Assembly (NCBI RefSeq): GCF_006345805.1
Contig: NC_042998.1
Location: 23,870,001-23,934,000, forward strand
Length of the DNA stretch: 64,000 bases
DNA from: Octopus sinensis
Taxonomy: Eukaryota
Direction of reading: 5' to 3'
In this document: positions 22,695 through 35,314 of the stretch, in pieces
How the letters are laid out: each line of letters begins with the position of its first letter
Position numbering within the stretch: the first letter of the stretch is position 1
Position numbers and translations under genes: made by a program
The notes under the pieces: model-generated
Database searches by the model: none
Told to the model about the DNA's origin: nothing
What the model saw: the letters and a program-made list of their open reading frames with translations, nothing else

Positions 22695-24924
22695 CATCAT
22701 CATCATCATCATTTAACGTCCGCTTTCCATGCTAGCATGGGTTGGACGGTTCAACTGGGGTCTGGGGAGCCCGAAAGCTGCACCAGTCCAGTCAGATCTG
22801 GCAGTGTTTCTACAGCTGGATGCCCTTCCTAACGCCAACCACTCCGAGAGTGTAGTGGGTGATTTTATGTGCCACCGACACAGGTGCCAGACGAGGCTGG
22901 CAAACGGCAACGCTCGGATGGTGTTTTTTTATGTGCCACCGACACAGGTGCCAGACGAGGCTGGCAGACGGCCACGCTCGGATGGTGTTTTTATGTGCCA
23001 CCGACACAGGTGCCAGATGAGGCTGGCAAACGGCCACGATCGGATGGTGTTTGTTACGTGCCCACAGCACGGAGGCCAGTCGATGCGGTACTGGCTACGG
23101 CCACGTTCGGATGGTTATCTTGTGTGCCACGTGCCACCGGCACTGGTACCACAAAGATACAAATTCCATTGATGTTCATCTATTTTGATTTGTTTTGATT
23201 TTCACTTGCCTCAACAGGTCTTCACAAGTGTCACAAGAAGCAAGGTATGCACAGGTGGACTGACTACGTCCCAGGTAGGGCCCACAGGTTATGGCCTGAC
23301 TAGTCTTGCCGGGTCTTCGGATGGTGTTTTTATGTGCCACCGACACAGGTGCCAGATGAGGCTGGCGAACGGCCACGATCGGATGGTGTTTGTTACATGC
23401 CCACAGCATGGAGGCCAGTCGGTGCGGTACTGGCTACGGCCACGTTCGGATGGTTTTCTTGTGTGCCACTGGCACTGGTACCACAAAGATACAATTCCAT
23501 TAATGTTCATCTATTTTGATTTGTTTTGATTTGATTTGATTTGATTTGTTTTGATTTCATTTTGATTTTCACTTGCCTCAACAGGCCTTCACAAGTATCA
23601 CAAGGAGGAAGGTATGCACAGGTGGACTGACTACGTCCCAGGTAGGGGCCATGGGATATGGCCTGACTAGTCTTGCCGGGTCTTCGGATGGTGTTTTTAT
23701 GTGCCACCGACACAGGTGCTAGATGAGGCTGGCGAACGGCCACGATCGGATGGTGTTTGTTATGTGCCCACAGCACGATGGCCAGTGATGCGGTACTGAC
23801 TACGGCCACGTTCGGATGGATTCTTGTGTGCCACCGGCACTGGTACCACAAAGATACAAATTCCATTGATGTTCATCTATTTTGATTTGATTTGATTTGA
23901 TTTTCACTTGCCTCAACAGGTCTTCACAAGTGTCACAAGAAGGAAGGTATGCACAGGTGGACTGACTAGTCTTGCCGGGTCTTCGGAAGGTGTTTTTATG
24001 TGCCACCGACACAGGTGCCAGATGAGGCTGGCGAACGGCCATGATCGCATGGTGTTTGTTACGTGCCCACAGCACGGAGGCTGGTTGATGCGGAACTGGC
24101 TACGGCCACGTTCGGATGGATCTCTTGTGTGCCACCGGCACTGGTACCACAAAGATACAGATTCCATTGATGTTCATCTATTTTGATTTGTTTTGATTTT
24201 GATTTTCACTTGCCTCAACAGGTCTTCACAAGTGTCACAAGAAGGAAGGTATGCACAGGTGGACTGACTACGTCCCAGGTAGGGGCCATGGGTTATGGCC
24301 TGACTAGTCTTGCCGGGTCTTCGGATGGTGTTTTTATGTGCCACCGACACAGGTGCTAGATGAGGCTGGCGAACGGCCACGATTGGATGGTGTTTGTCAT
24401 GCGCCCACAGCACGATGGCCAGTCGATGCGGTACTGGCTACGGCCACGTTCGGATGGATTCTTGTGTGCCACCGGCACTGGTACCACAAAGATACAAATT
24501 CCATTGATGTTCATCTATTTTGATTTGTTTTGATTTTCACTTGCCTCAACAGGTCTTCACAAGTGTCACAAGAAGGAAGGTATGTACAGGTGGACTGACT
24601 ACGTCCCAGGTAGGGGCCACAGGTTATGACCTGACTAGTCTTGCCGGGTCTTCGGATGGTGTTTTTATGTGCCACCATGTTCCCACAGCACGGAGGCCAG
24701 TCGATGCGGTACTGGCTACGGCCACGTTCGGATGGTTTTCTTGTGTGCCACAGGCACTGGTACCACAAAGATACAAATTCCATTGATGTTCATCTATTTT
24801 GATTGATTTTCTCTTGCCTCAGCAGGTCTTCACAAGTGTCACAAGAAGGAAGGTATGCACAGGTGGATCGACTACGTCCCAGGTAGGGGCCACGGGATAT
24901 GGCCTGACTAGTCCTGCCGGGTCC
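22695..24924 (-). repeat. Family D element extended by a higher-order tandem array of ~280-366-bp units
   Basis: Unit boundary ttgatgttcatctattttg at 23169, 23500, 23866, 24167, 24504 and 24783; each unit has ~3 ggatggtgttt..gtgccac subrepeats and a variable (TGATT)n tract. Confidence 0.9.
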
Positions 24925-24985
24925 TCTCATGCACAGCACACTTCCATAGGATATATATATTTGTATTTATGTGCTATCTGAGTAT

Positions 24986-25044
24986 ATTCCACTGATGAAG
25001 GCAGAGCATTTCTAATGCAAATCCAGAAATTCGGGATCTGGAAT
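24986..25044 (+). ncRNA. Type I hammerhead ribozyme-like fold
   Basis: Stem I ATTCCA/TGGAAT; CTGATGA 24992-24998; GG..GCATT-TCT-AATGC..CC stem II; GAAA 25026-25029; short quasi-palindromic stem III; ATC cleavage triplet ending 25038. Confidence 0.6.
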
Positions 25045-25279
25045 TATCCAGTAATTTTTTTTGCTAGTTTATTTTGTTTCTTTGTCTTCTCTCCTTGTGC
25101 TGTATGAACATTTAATGTGGTTTTAGAGTCAAGTTTTGGCTGCTATTAGGGTATCTTTTAAATACCCTAAATTATCATTTTAAATATTTACTACTTTTGA
25201 AGGTTTTTATTCCCATCCTGGCCACCTGATAAGTTCGGTATTTAAATATTGATCTTATCACACACATACACACATATAT

Positions 25280-25313
<34 letters not shown>

Positions 25314-26477
25314 TGCTGGTCATGATGTGCTTTTTACCATTTTAGCTTTCAAACGGTGCCACCCTCAATGGTGAGGGAAGTAGGCCAACATTACTCCTGA
25401 TTGAAGGCAATTCTGTCACAGAATTCCCCATTTAAAGGTGAGTGGACCCTGGAACAATGTGAAATGAAGTGTTTTGCTCAAGAACACAACACACTACTTG
25501 GTCTGGAAATCAAACCCACAATCTAGACATTGTAAGTGCAAACTACCTAACCAGTAGGCTATGTTCCTTCGCACATATAACAGTTAAAGTGATTCCTTCC
25601 AAAAAATAATCTTCTGTTCCATTAACTCTTGATTTTTTCTCTGTCATTTAGCCTCTTGGCTTCATATATTTCGCTATTTACTACATTATTTTTTTTTTTC
25701 ATGCAAGAATATACACAAAATAATCTTTACATATCAGAACTCATATCACTGCTAAAACGCTACATTTAAGATAGCATGTTAGCAAACACACACACACACA
25801 AACATGCACACACACACATGCACACACACACACATGCACACATATATAAACAGAATTTCTGTGTTCTGTATCAGCAACTTCAAAGGAATCACTAAGATAC
25901 AATCTGATGCAGAATGTGTTTCCATTATGTCAATCAACTTCAAAAGAATCTGCAAGACACTATAATCACCAACTGATGCAATTCATTCCTCTTTCTGCCA
26001 CTCCCACTACCCCCTCCCACCTTTCTCTCCTCTTTTGTTTCTTGCTAATAGCTTCTCTTCACTCATCTCTCTTCTTCACTCTGACTCTGTCGTTTCCTTC
26101 CCCCTAATGGCAAGCAACTTCTATAAATTTTTTTTTTTTTTTTTTTCCATATTTTAATTTTCTTGTTAGTGCAGATATTATGGAAAGATATTCAATATTA
26201 AAATAAATCAAAGGGGGAAATGAGTTTTCAGAAATGCTAGAATGGTTAGACAAAATGTGTTGCAGTATTTACTTTCATCATTGTACTTTTTTTTTTTTGG
26301 CTCCATCTTCCACCAGAAGCTCACTTTGGTTCCCTTCATTTTGGGATCAACAATAACAACGCCAGTTGTGGTTGTCATTTTGTCCAAGGGAACCTACAAA
26401 TCAGGTTGTCTTATGATGAAGTGTGTTCCAGTTATGGCCATCACACCCTTCTTTCTTCTTCATCAGTCAGTTTTCTT

Positions 26478-28314
26478 AATTAAATTTACTCTTCCATATA
26501 CCATGTGTATATATGTGGAGGCACATGGCTTAGTGGCTAGAGCACCGGACTCGCGGTCGAGAGATTGCAGGTACGAATCTCAGACCGGGCGATGTGTGTG
26601 TTTATGAGCGAAACACCTAAGCTCCACACGTCTCCGGCAGAAGGTAATGGCGAAACTTCTGCTGACTCTTTCGCCACAACTTTCTCTCACTTTCCTCCTG
26701 TATCTTGCAGATCACCTGCGATGGACTGGCGTCCTGTCCAGGTAGGGAACCTATACACCAAGAAACCGGGAAATCAGCCCTTATGAGCCAGGCATGGCTC
26801 GAGAAGGAACAAACGATACACATGTGTATATATCTTTTGAGCCAACAACAGAAAGCCACAATTTCCTCACACAAACTGACAGAAATATCAGTCAAATCTC
26901 CATTGAATCACACCTACCATATGGAAAAAAGGAACAACAACACATTGGATTTGAATGAAATACAGGATGGTAAATAAGGGTCAACCATGGAACCTAAAAT
27001 TTATCAAAAAGAGAAGCAGTTAGGAAAGTGAAAATGGCTGAAATTCACGATATCTGACATGCAATTTTTTAAAAACCCTTTAGTATTTAAACCAGCCATA
27101 TCTAACCCAAATATTCTACCTGTTCAATGTTCACACTGATCAGATCCAGCCTCTTTCACCAACCCTACAATACCATTCTGAAAATATAGACTCACATCAT
27201 CAACATCTTGAAGTTATGAGATGATGTTGGATTAATTCAAAACAATGTGAATAAATTTTATGGTTATCCGAATGCGAAAGGATTAAAAACAGTAATCATC
27301 GTTTAACGTCCGCTTTCCATGCTAGCATGGGTTGGATGATTTGACTGAGGACTGGTGAACCGGATGGCTGCACCAGGCTCCAATCTTGATCTGGCAGAGT
27401 TTCTACAGCTGGATGCCCTTCCTAATGCCAACCACTCTGGGAGTGTATTGGGTGCTTTTACATGCCACCGGCATGAGGGCCAGTCAGGCAGTACTGGCAA
27501 CAACCACGCTCAAATGGTGTTTTTTACATGCCACCTGCACAGGAGCCAGTCCAGCGGCACTGGCAATGACTTTGCTCGAATGTTTTTTCACTTGCCACCA
27601 GCACAAGTGCCAGTAAGGTGACGCAGGTAATGATCATGCTCGAATGGTGCTTTTTACATGCCACTGTGATTTGAGGGGGCTATAACTTTTGTTTCCAGCA
27701 ATCTGACTTATGTAGAGATTTCCTTCATAGACTTGAAAAATGTTTCAGTCATTTTCGTTTTCATAACTGCCTCTCTTTTTTATAAATATTAGGTTCCATG
27801 GTTGACCCTTATTTACCATCCTGTATTTCATTCAGATCCAATGTGTTGTTGTTCCTTTTTTCCATATGGTAGGTGTGATTCAATGGAGATTTGACTGATA
27901 TTTCTGTCAGTTTGTGTGAGGAAATTGTGGCTTTCTGTTGTTGGCTCAAAAGATATATACACATGTGTATCATTTGTTCCTTCTCGAGCCATGCCTGGCT
28001 CATAAGGGCTGATTTCCCAGTTTCTTGGTGTATAGGGTCCCCACCTGGACGGGACGCCAGTCCATCGCAGGTGATCTGCAAGATGCAGGAGGAAAGAGTG
28101 AGAGAAAGTTGTGGCAAAAGAGTCAGCAGAAGTTTTGCCATTACCTTCTGCCGGAGCCGCGTGGAGCTTAGGTGTTTCACTCATAAACACACACATCGCC
28201 CGGACTGAGATTCGAACCCGTGATCTCTCGACCGCGAGTCCGCTGCTCTAACCACCAGGCCATGTGCCTCCACATATATATATACACATGATATATGGAA
28301 GAGTAAATTTAATT
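26478..28314. repeat. Inverted duplication: arms 26478-27043 and 27743-28314, each with a family C SINE plus flanking sequence
   Basis: Flank gagccaacaacagaaagccacaatttcctcacacaaactgacagaaatatcagtc...ggtcaaccatggaaccta is present in both orientations, nearly identical. Confidence 0.9.
27295..27665 (-). mobile_element. SINE-like family D in the spacer of the inverted duplication
   Basis: catcgtttaacgtccgctttccatgctagcatggg...ctggatgcccttcctaatgcc. Confidence 0.85.
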
Positions 28315-30099
28315 GATTAATTCTTTTCTTTTGTAGCAACATCCTTGTACTTTGTCCAGAAGAAAAATAAGTATTAAAATTATGCCAAAATAATATCATA
28401 AAGGCTTTAGATTACTTAACTGAACACCTACTCCATACCCAAGAGTATAGTATATAACACAATTATTTCAGAGAATTGTGAATATATGTATTTTTAATGA
28501 GTTCCAGTAGCGTGTTTTGGTGGCTGTTGTTTGTACCAATCAGTAATGATAGTTGTCATAATGTTGATGATATCAATTAATTTGTCACTAATTATGAATG
28601 TGGTTTGAATAGTGATGGCAGAATAAAATGGTGTGACATTACTCACAGGCTGCTAATAAAATCAATGAGAGCTGAATGAGTGGCAATTAACGATTACTGA
28701 TCGCTAATATTAAAATACCAGCAAGTAAGTATGATCGGTATTGTGTAGATACTCTCCAAGTATCCATAAACATAGTATCTTCTTCCTTCCATAAGTCTTA
28801 ATATCATATTAGGTGTCCATTGAAAACTTAATCTATATGTAGTGTAATGAAGGAGATTCAACTCAGCAAAGCCTATTTCTTCCTTGACAATTGTATCAAT
28901 TTTATAAAATGCTGTTTGAATTTGAATTATGATATTCCTAATGTTCGTCTTATTCTGTTAAATCATTGTAACTGTAGTATGTGATTGGTGTTTCTCAGCA
29001 GCTGTGACAATAATGGAAGTTGTTGCAGAATCATTAATAATATCTAATATCTAGGAGCTGCATAATGAAAAATATGAATGGTATATTGAAATATTGAATG
29101 CAGGGAAACCAAAGCAATATTGGTGGGGGGAAAAAAATATAGTATTTATGAAATTAGTAATCACATTGATTAGAACAGGAGCGCGAGGAAACACTGATAG
29201 TAACAGTACTTGGAGCAGCGAGTAATGATAAAAAGATAAATGTTTCATATATTTAGAATTGTATTCTTAGCAACAATGCCTTTAAAACTGGAAGGGAAAG
29301 CTGTAATATAATTATCTGTCGAATACTATTTGGAATTTATCAGAAATATTGCAATCTCAAAATACTTAACTTGTCATACAAATTGGCAAATGTCTGACTG
29401 TGATTCACTCAGAAAATAGGTTATCTTCTGCATGTAATGCATTATATATTGATAGAATTCAATGCCTTTGCGTCAAAATGACACTGAATGTACAATTACA
29501 TTATCTCCAAACAAATTTCCCACAATTCCTTTGCATCTCTAAAATAACAATAATAAATTTCTCTCTCTTCCTTTCTTATGAACATTTATTTCTTTGATTA
29601 TTTTATTCTATGTCGTTAGATGTGTTATTTATTGTTTTTATTGTTAATTTTTACTTTGACTTATTTATTTCCTTTCAGCATAGATAATTCTAGATTTCTG
29701 AAAGAATTTTGTTTATGGCATAGAAATTCTACATTTGTGTTGACAAAACACAGATAGAAATCATTGATTGTGTGTTATAGTCAAAATGAGTAAAAGCTAC
29801 AGTTCTGAGAGTAGGTTTTACAGCTTTTTTTTTTAAAGTAAATTATATAATTTAATGAAGTAAAGCTTTTTTTCTTTTTATCTTTCCTTACTTTTGTAAT
29901 TATCAATTTTCCTTGTTTTCCCATTTATCTTATTAAGTACAGCAGTATTGTTTCCTACTAAATGTTATCTGACTTAAGTTGCCTGGGATACAGACACACA
30001 CGACAGACAGCCAAAAATAGATAAATATAAACTTACATCTCTACATTTCGTGTCATCTTCATAAACATTGTAATCTGAGATGATAGACTTCTGCCCTTA

Positions 30100-30134
<35 letters not shown>

Positions 30135-30450
30135 TAATAATATTGATAATAATAATAATAATAATAATAACATTAATAATAATGATAATAATAATAATGA
30201 TAATAATAATAATATTAATAATAATGATAATAATAATAATAATATTAATAATAATGATGATAATATTAATAATAATAATAATAATAATGATAATAATAAT
30301 AATAATAAGAAGAAGAATGATGATGATGGTAAGACTATATAGGACTGAGGTAACTCATCCAGAAGTTATACACAAATAAATAGAAGAGTGCCATATCATG
30401 ATGATGATGATGATAATAATAATATTAATAATAATAATAATAAGAAGAAG
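30100..30450. repeat. (AAT/GAT)n microsatellite with short embedded LINE 3'-end fragments
   Basis: Directly visible. Confidence 0.9.
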
Positions 30451-30457
30451 AAGAAGA

Positions 30458-31110
30458 ATGGACAACGCATCAGAAAGCGATAAGTGCAGAATCTGTGGAC
30501 AAAATGGTGAAACCATATGGCACATTACCAGCCAATGTACGCCGCTAACCCAGAAGGAATATAAAAGATGCCATGATAATATAGCAAGGACACTTTGCAA
30601 CAAGTATGGACTTGACAGAGCAAAAAATTGGTATGACCACAAACCTGAAGGCATCATCGAAAATGATAATGCAAAGATCCTGTGGGATTTTATGATTCAG
30701 TGCTATCATGAGATAGAGAATAAGAAGATAGACATAGTTTTAATTGAGAAAGAAAACAAACTATGCTGGATCATTGATGTAACATGCCCAGCTGACAACA
30801 AGGTATGAGATAAGGAAGAAAGAAAAGTCGAGAAATATGACAGGTTAGCTTAGGAAATTAAGCAGTTGTAGTCGATGAAAGAGGTGGTAGTAGTACCAAT
30901 AATTGTTGGAGCCCTGGGAACAGTGAGTAAAAATCTTGAGAAGTACATGGAATGAATAGGGGCTGCAATAAGGGTGAAGCACTTGCAGAAAACAGCACAG
31001 CTTGGAACTGCTTGAATACTCTTGAAGGTGCTCAAAAAATAAGAGGTGTTACCTTAGTTCACTGGTAGTGAATAGCTGACACTGTAGTACATCTCCAGTA
31101 TTAGAAGCTG
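30458..31110 (+). mobile_element. 5'-truncated R4/Dong-clade LINE: CCHC knuckle plus restriction-like endonuclease, pseudogenised
   Basis: CRICGQNGETIWHITSQC, (R)HDNIA, ILWDF, KIDIVL, IIDVTCPAD, VPIIVGALGTV, LQKTAQLGT, with several stops; flanked by (AAT)n. Confidence 0.85.
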
Positions 31111-31849
31111 TGAAAATAAAATAATAATAATAATAATAATAACAATGATAATAATAATGATAATAATATAACCCAGTTTAGTACAGCTGCAGAAAGCAGT
31201 GTTATTAGGGTCAGCCGGGGTACTTAGGAGGGTTCTTGGCATCTAAGGCTTCTTGTTGTAGCCCAATGTTAGGATTCTTTTCTTTTCCAACAGTCTAATT
31301 CGTTGAGGATATATGGAAATAATAAAAAGAACAGCAACAACAACAATAGATAAAAAACATTCAAACAAATACATCACCAGAACACCAGGACTTACAAGTG
31401 TATATAATACACAGAAAATAGTACTACTAGGCACTGCACAATGTCATCAGTTTTCATTTTTACATAACTGATAACAAGGAAGAAGGAAACAGAAAGAAAA
31501 CAGGAAACAGAATTCTTAGTCAAACATTTTTTTGTGTAAATGTGATGGAATTCACCTGTCGTTTTGTTCATTCCCTTAGGGTCTGATGTTAATAATGCAC
31601 AAATATATTTATCCTCATGTGTTTCGAGAACTGAAAGTATAGCAGAGTCAGAATATTTTCTGAGAATGTGAACTTGCTATTACAGCTGTTTGGATGTAAA
31701 ATACTTGGCAAGACCCATCAAACTAGTGTCATTGTGTCTGACGTCATACCTACGCCCATTGAATCTTTTATTTAAGTGTTCTGTTGTGCAAACAACATAT
31801 ATATAATTGTTTGGTGAATTCCGCTGTAAGCTCCAAATGGGAATCCTAT

Positions 31850-33165
31850 TTCTTTACTACCCACAAGGGGCTAAACATAGAGGGCACAAACAAGTACAGA
31901 CAAATGGATTAAGTTGATTACATCAACCCCAGTGCGTCACTGGTACTTAAGTTATTGTCCCCGAAAGGATGATGGGTAAAGTCGACCTCGGTGGAATTTG
32001 AACTCAGAACGCAGCAGTAGACGAAATACCACTAAGCATTTCGCCTGGCGTGCTAACAATTCTGCCAGCTTGCTGCTTTCGCCAAATAGGAATCCTTACA
32101 GGTCCCACCTTTTGTATATATCATAACATTTCTGTTATAAATTTGCAATGGAATTGACTCAACTCCCTAATAGTTAGGGAGCAGAGGTTAGAGATTTAAA
32201 CTGACCCCATTACTTCACTAGTACTTTATTTTATTGACCTCAAAGAGATGAAAGGCCCCGGGGTTTTTGTTTCAGTTCTCTAATAATTCTGCTAGTCTGC
32301 TACTCTTATCAGTTGTAGATAATCCTTTCTATCTAGGCACAAGGCCAGAAATTTGTGGGATGGGGATAGTCAATTACATCGACCCCAGTATTTCACTGGT
32401 ACTTAATTTATTGATCCCGAAAGGATGAAAGGCAAAGTCGACCTTGGCGGAATTTGAACTCAGAACATAGCGGCAGACGAAATATTGCTAAGCATATTGC
32501 CCGGTATGCTAACCATTCTGCCAGCTCGCTGCCTTATCAATTGTAAATAAAAATAATAATAAATAATGAAAAACACCTATTCATCAGGTGCAGGCATGGC
32601 TGTGTACTAAGAAGCTTGCTTCCCAATCACATGTTTCTAAGTTCAGTCCCACTGCATGATACCTTGAACATCTTGAGCAAGTTTCTTCTACTATTGCCTT
32701 GAGGCAATCAAAGCCTTGTAAGTGGATTTGGTAGGCAGAAACTGAAATATTCAAGGATGGCGAGTTGGCAGAAACGTTGGCACGCCAGGCGAAATGCTAG
32801 GCGGTATTTCGTGTGCCCCTACGTTCTGAGTTCAAATTCTGCCATGGTCGACCTTGCCTTTCATCCTTTCAGGGTTGATTAAATTTACACACTGGGGTCG
32901 ATATAATCGACTTAATCCATTTGTCTGTCCTTGTTTGTCCCCTCTGTGTTTAGCCCCTTGTGGGTAGTAAAGAAATAGGTATTTCATCTGCCACTATGTT
33001 CTGAGTTCAAATTCTGCCAAAGTTGACTTTGCCTTTCATCATTTCGAGGTCGATTAAATAAGTACCAGTTACACACTGGGGTCAATATAATCGACTTAAT
33101 CCATTTGTCTGTCATTGTTGTCCCCTCTATGTTTAGCCCCTTGTGGGTAGGAAAGAAATAAGAAA
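31850..33165. mobile_element. Cluster of SINE family B (Nin/Deu-domain-like) copies in both orientations
   Basis: gtcgactttgcctttcatcctttc..ggtcgat..aagtaccag domain; - copies ~31850-32090 and ~32330-32535; + tandem copies ~32755-33165. Confidence 0.8.
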
Positions 33166-33324
33166 CTGAAATATGTCTGTCATATATATATGTGTGCGTG
33201 TGTGTCTGTGTGTATCTGTGTTTGTGACTGTGTTTGTCTTCCTCCCCACTGCTTAACAACTGGTGTTGGTGTGTTTACATCCCTGTAACTTTGTGGCTTG
33301 GCTAAAAAGGCCAATAAAATAATT

Positions 33325-33720
33325 ATTCTTTTACTTGTTTCAGTCATTTGACTGTGGCCATGCTGGAGCACCACCTTTAGTCGAGCAAATCAACCCCAGG
33401 AGTTATTCTTTGTAAGCCTAGTACTTATTCTATTGGTCTCTTTTGCCAAACCACTAAGTTACGGGGACGTAACTTTGTTGTCAAGCAATGTTGGGGGTGA
33501 GGGACAAACACAGACACACAAACATATACACACACACATACAAATATATATACATGTATACGACGAGCTTCTTTCAGTTTCTGTCTACTAAATCCACTCA
33601 CAAGGCTTTGGTTGGCCCGAGACTATAGTAGAAGACACTTGCCCAAGGTGCCATGCAGTGGAAATGAACCCAGAACCATGTGGTTGGTAAGCAAGTTACT
33701 TACCACACAGCCACTCCTGT
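33325..33720 (-). mobile_element. SINE family A
   Basis: Full head and tail in reverse complement. Confidence 0.85.
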
Positions 33721-33830
33721 ATATATATAAATAATATTTTTTATAAACAAACCTTAAAGGCTTTGCGAGTTATGGAGAGAAAGCTGCTAAGGAAGGCTCA
33801 TAGTATAATAACTGTATAATAATTATATAT

Positions 33831-33945
33831 AACGTAAAGTATACTAGCCATCTTAATATGGCTAACCACTAGGGGTGGGTGTGTTACTGTAACATCCCCA
33901 CCCCTAGTGGTTAGCCATATTAAGATGGCTAGTATATTTTACGTT
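33831..33945. repeat. 115-bp near-perfect palindrome (1-nt centre)
   Basis: aacgtaaagtatactagccatcttaatatggctaaccactaggggtgggtgtgttac-t-gtaacatccccacccctagtggttagccatattaagatggctagtatattttacgtt; 3 mismatches in 57 bp. Confidence 0.95.
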
Positions 33946-34342
33946 GTCGAGCGCTTACTGTTTACATTTATTATTGTATATAATATATATCATAATGATA
34001 TTTATTCAGTGGGACTGAAGCCGGAACCATGTGGTTGGTAAGCAAGCTACTTACCACACAGCCACTCCTGTGCCTATGTACCAGGCTTAAAAATAAATAA
34101 GCACTGGGGTTGATTGGTTCAACTAAAAATTCTTCTAGGCAGTGCCCCAGCATGGCCGCAGTATAATGACTGAAACATGTAAGAGATAAAAGATTAGTTA
34201 TTTTAATTGCAAATATTAATTGTTGTACATATGAGAAAAACCTCCACAGAATTTGATCTCTATCAGTTTGGGTTTACAATAATCTACAATGTGCAATAAA
34301 TCTATTTTCGTTTAGCGTTAACGATGAAGTGTTATTTGCACC

Positions 34343-34377
34343 TACTAACGGAAATTGTGGTTTATTGCAGGTAACAG
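34343..34377 (+). other. 3' splice site with perfect TACTAAC branch point directly followed by GT (AG|GT)
   Basis: tactaac 34343-34349, tttattgcag ending 34370, gtaaca from 34371; lies in unique sequence. Confidence 0.45.
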
Positions 34378-35227
34378 TAACGTTAGTGATTAAATAAGGT
34401 GTAATTAATTCAAACGCTTGCTTTCGGTGGGATATTTAAGTGGCCAGGGGTTAGTAATTTAGTGAGCTTCTGTTGTAGCATTTTATGTGTGGTTGTTGTT
34501 CTTGTTTTTGTTGTTGTTGTTGTTGTTGCTATCATTGTCACTGTTGCTACAGCTCTTGTTGTTGTTTAGTTTCAGGTTAGCAATAACTGAACAGACTTAC
34601 GTCCAAAGACTCCAGCCACGACCACTCCTTAGATTTAGAAGCACGTACACAGCTATTACTCTTTTACTCTTTTACTTGTTTCAGTCATTTGACTGCAGCC
34701 ATGCTGGAGCACCGCCTTTAGTCGAGCAAATCGACCCCAGGACTTACCTGTCTGATAAGGGTAGACCTGACACATGCATCACAACCATATGTGTGCGACA
34801 TGGTGATCTCATATCAAGACATACAGCACATGACCTTGCAGGTGAGGGCCCAGTTAGAATTTTCTTCAGGTCGAGTAACCCATCCCACTCAAAAGGTCCC
34901 TGAATAAGGGTTGTTTAAGGATGTTGAACAAAACACCCATGTTTCCAGAGGTGTATTATCCAAACCCCAAAGAATCCCTCTCAACACATGGCTATGATAC
35001 TTCCCCACTACTTCTGCTCATGATCAGAGATGCACATATCGTCAGCCACTAAGGGACATGCTCAACTGGTTACGGTCAAACAACTGACAAGCAAATCTGT
35101 GATATTGAGCAGAATATTTGCTGTAGCCCATCTTTTATACCAAGACAAAACAATGTACATGATAACACTCACAATCAGTTAAGAACAGAAGCCATGAGAG
35201 CCACTGCCTAGTACTGCATCAGGGCAT

Positions 35228-35243
35228 TATTATTATTATTATC

Positions 35244-35314
<71 letters not shown>

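Noticed and set aside
23200-23225. CTGTTGAG..GAAA on the minus strand of the tandem units as a hammerhead core
   Set aside because: Core mismatch and no stems I or III could be formed
22729-24981. Overlapping 60-147-aa ORFs across the tandem array and family D elements (MCHRHRCQTRL...)
   Set aside because: Stop-poor GC-rich repeats translated in several frames on both strands; no coding signature
26325-26393. Minus-strand 69-nt exon candidate (VPLDKMTTTTGVVIVDPKMKGTK)
   Set aside because: Weak polypyrimidine tract, no homology recognised and no supporting minus-strand gene model
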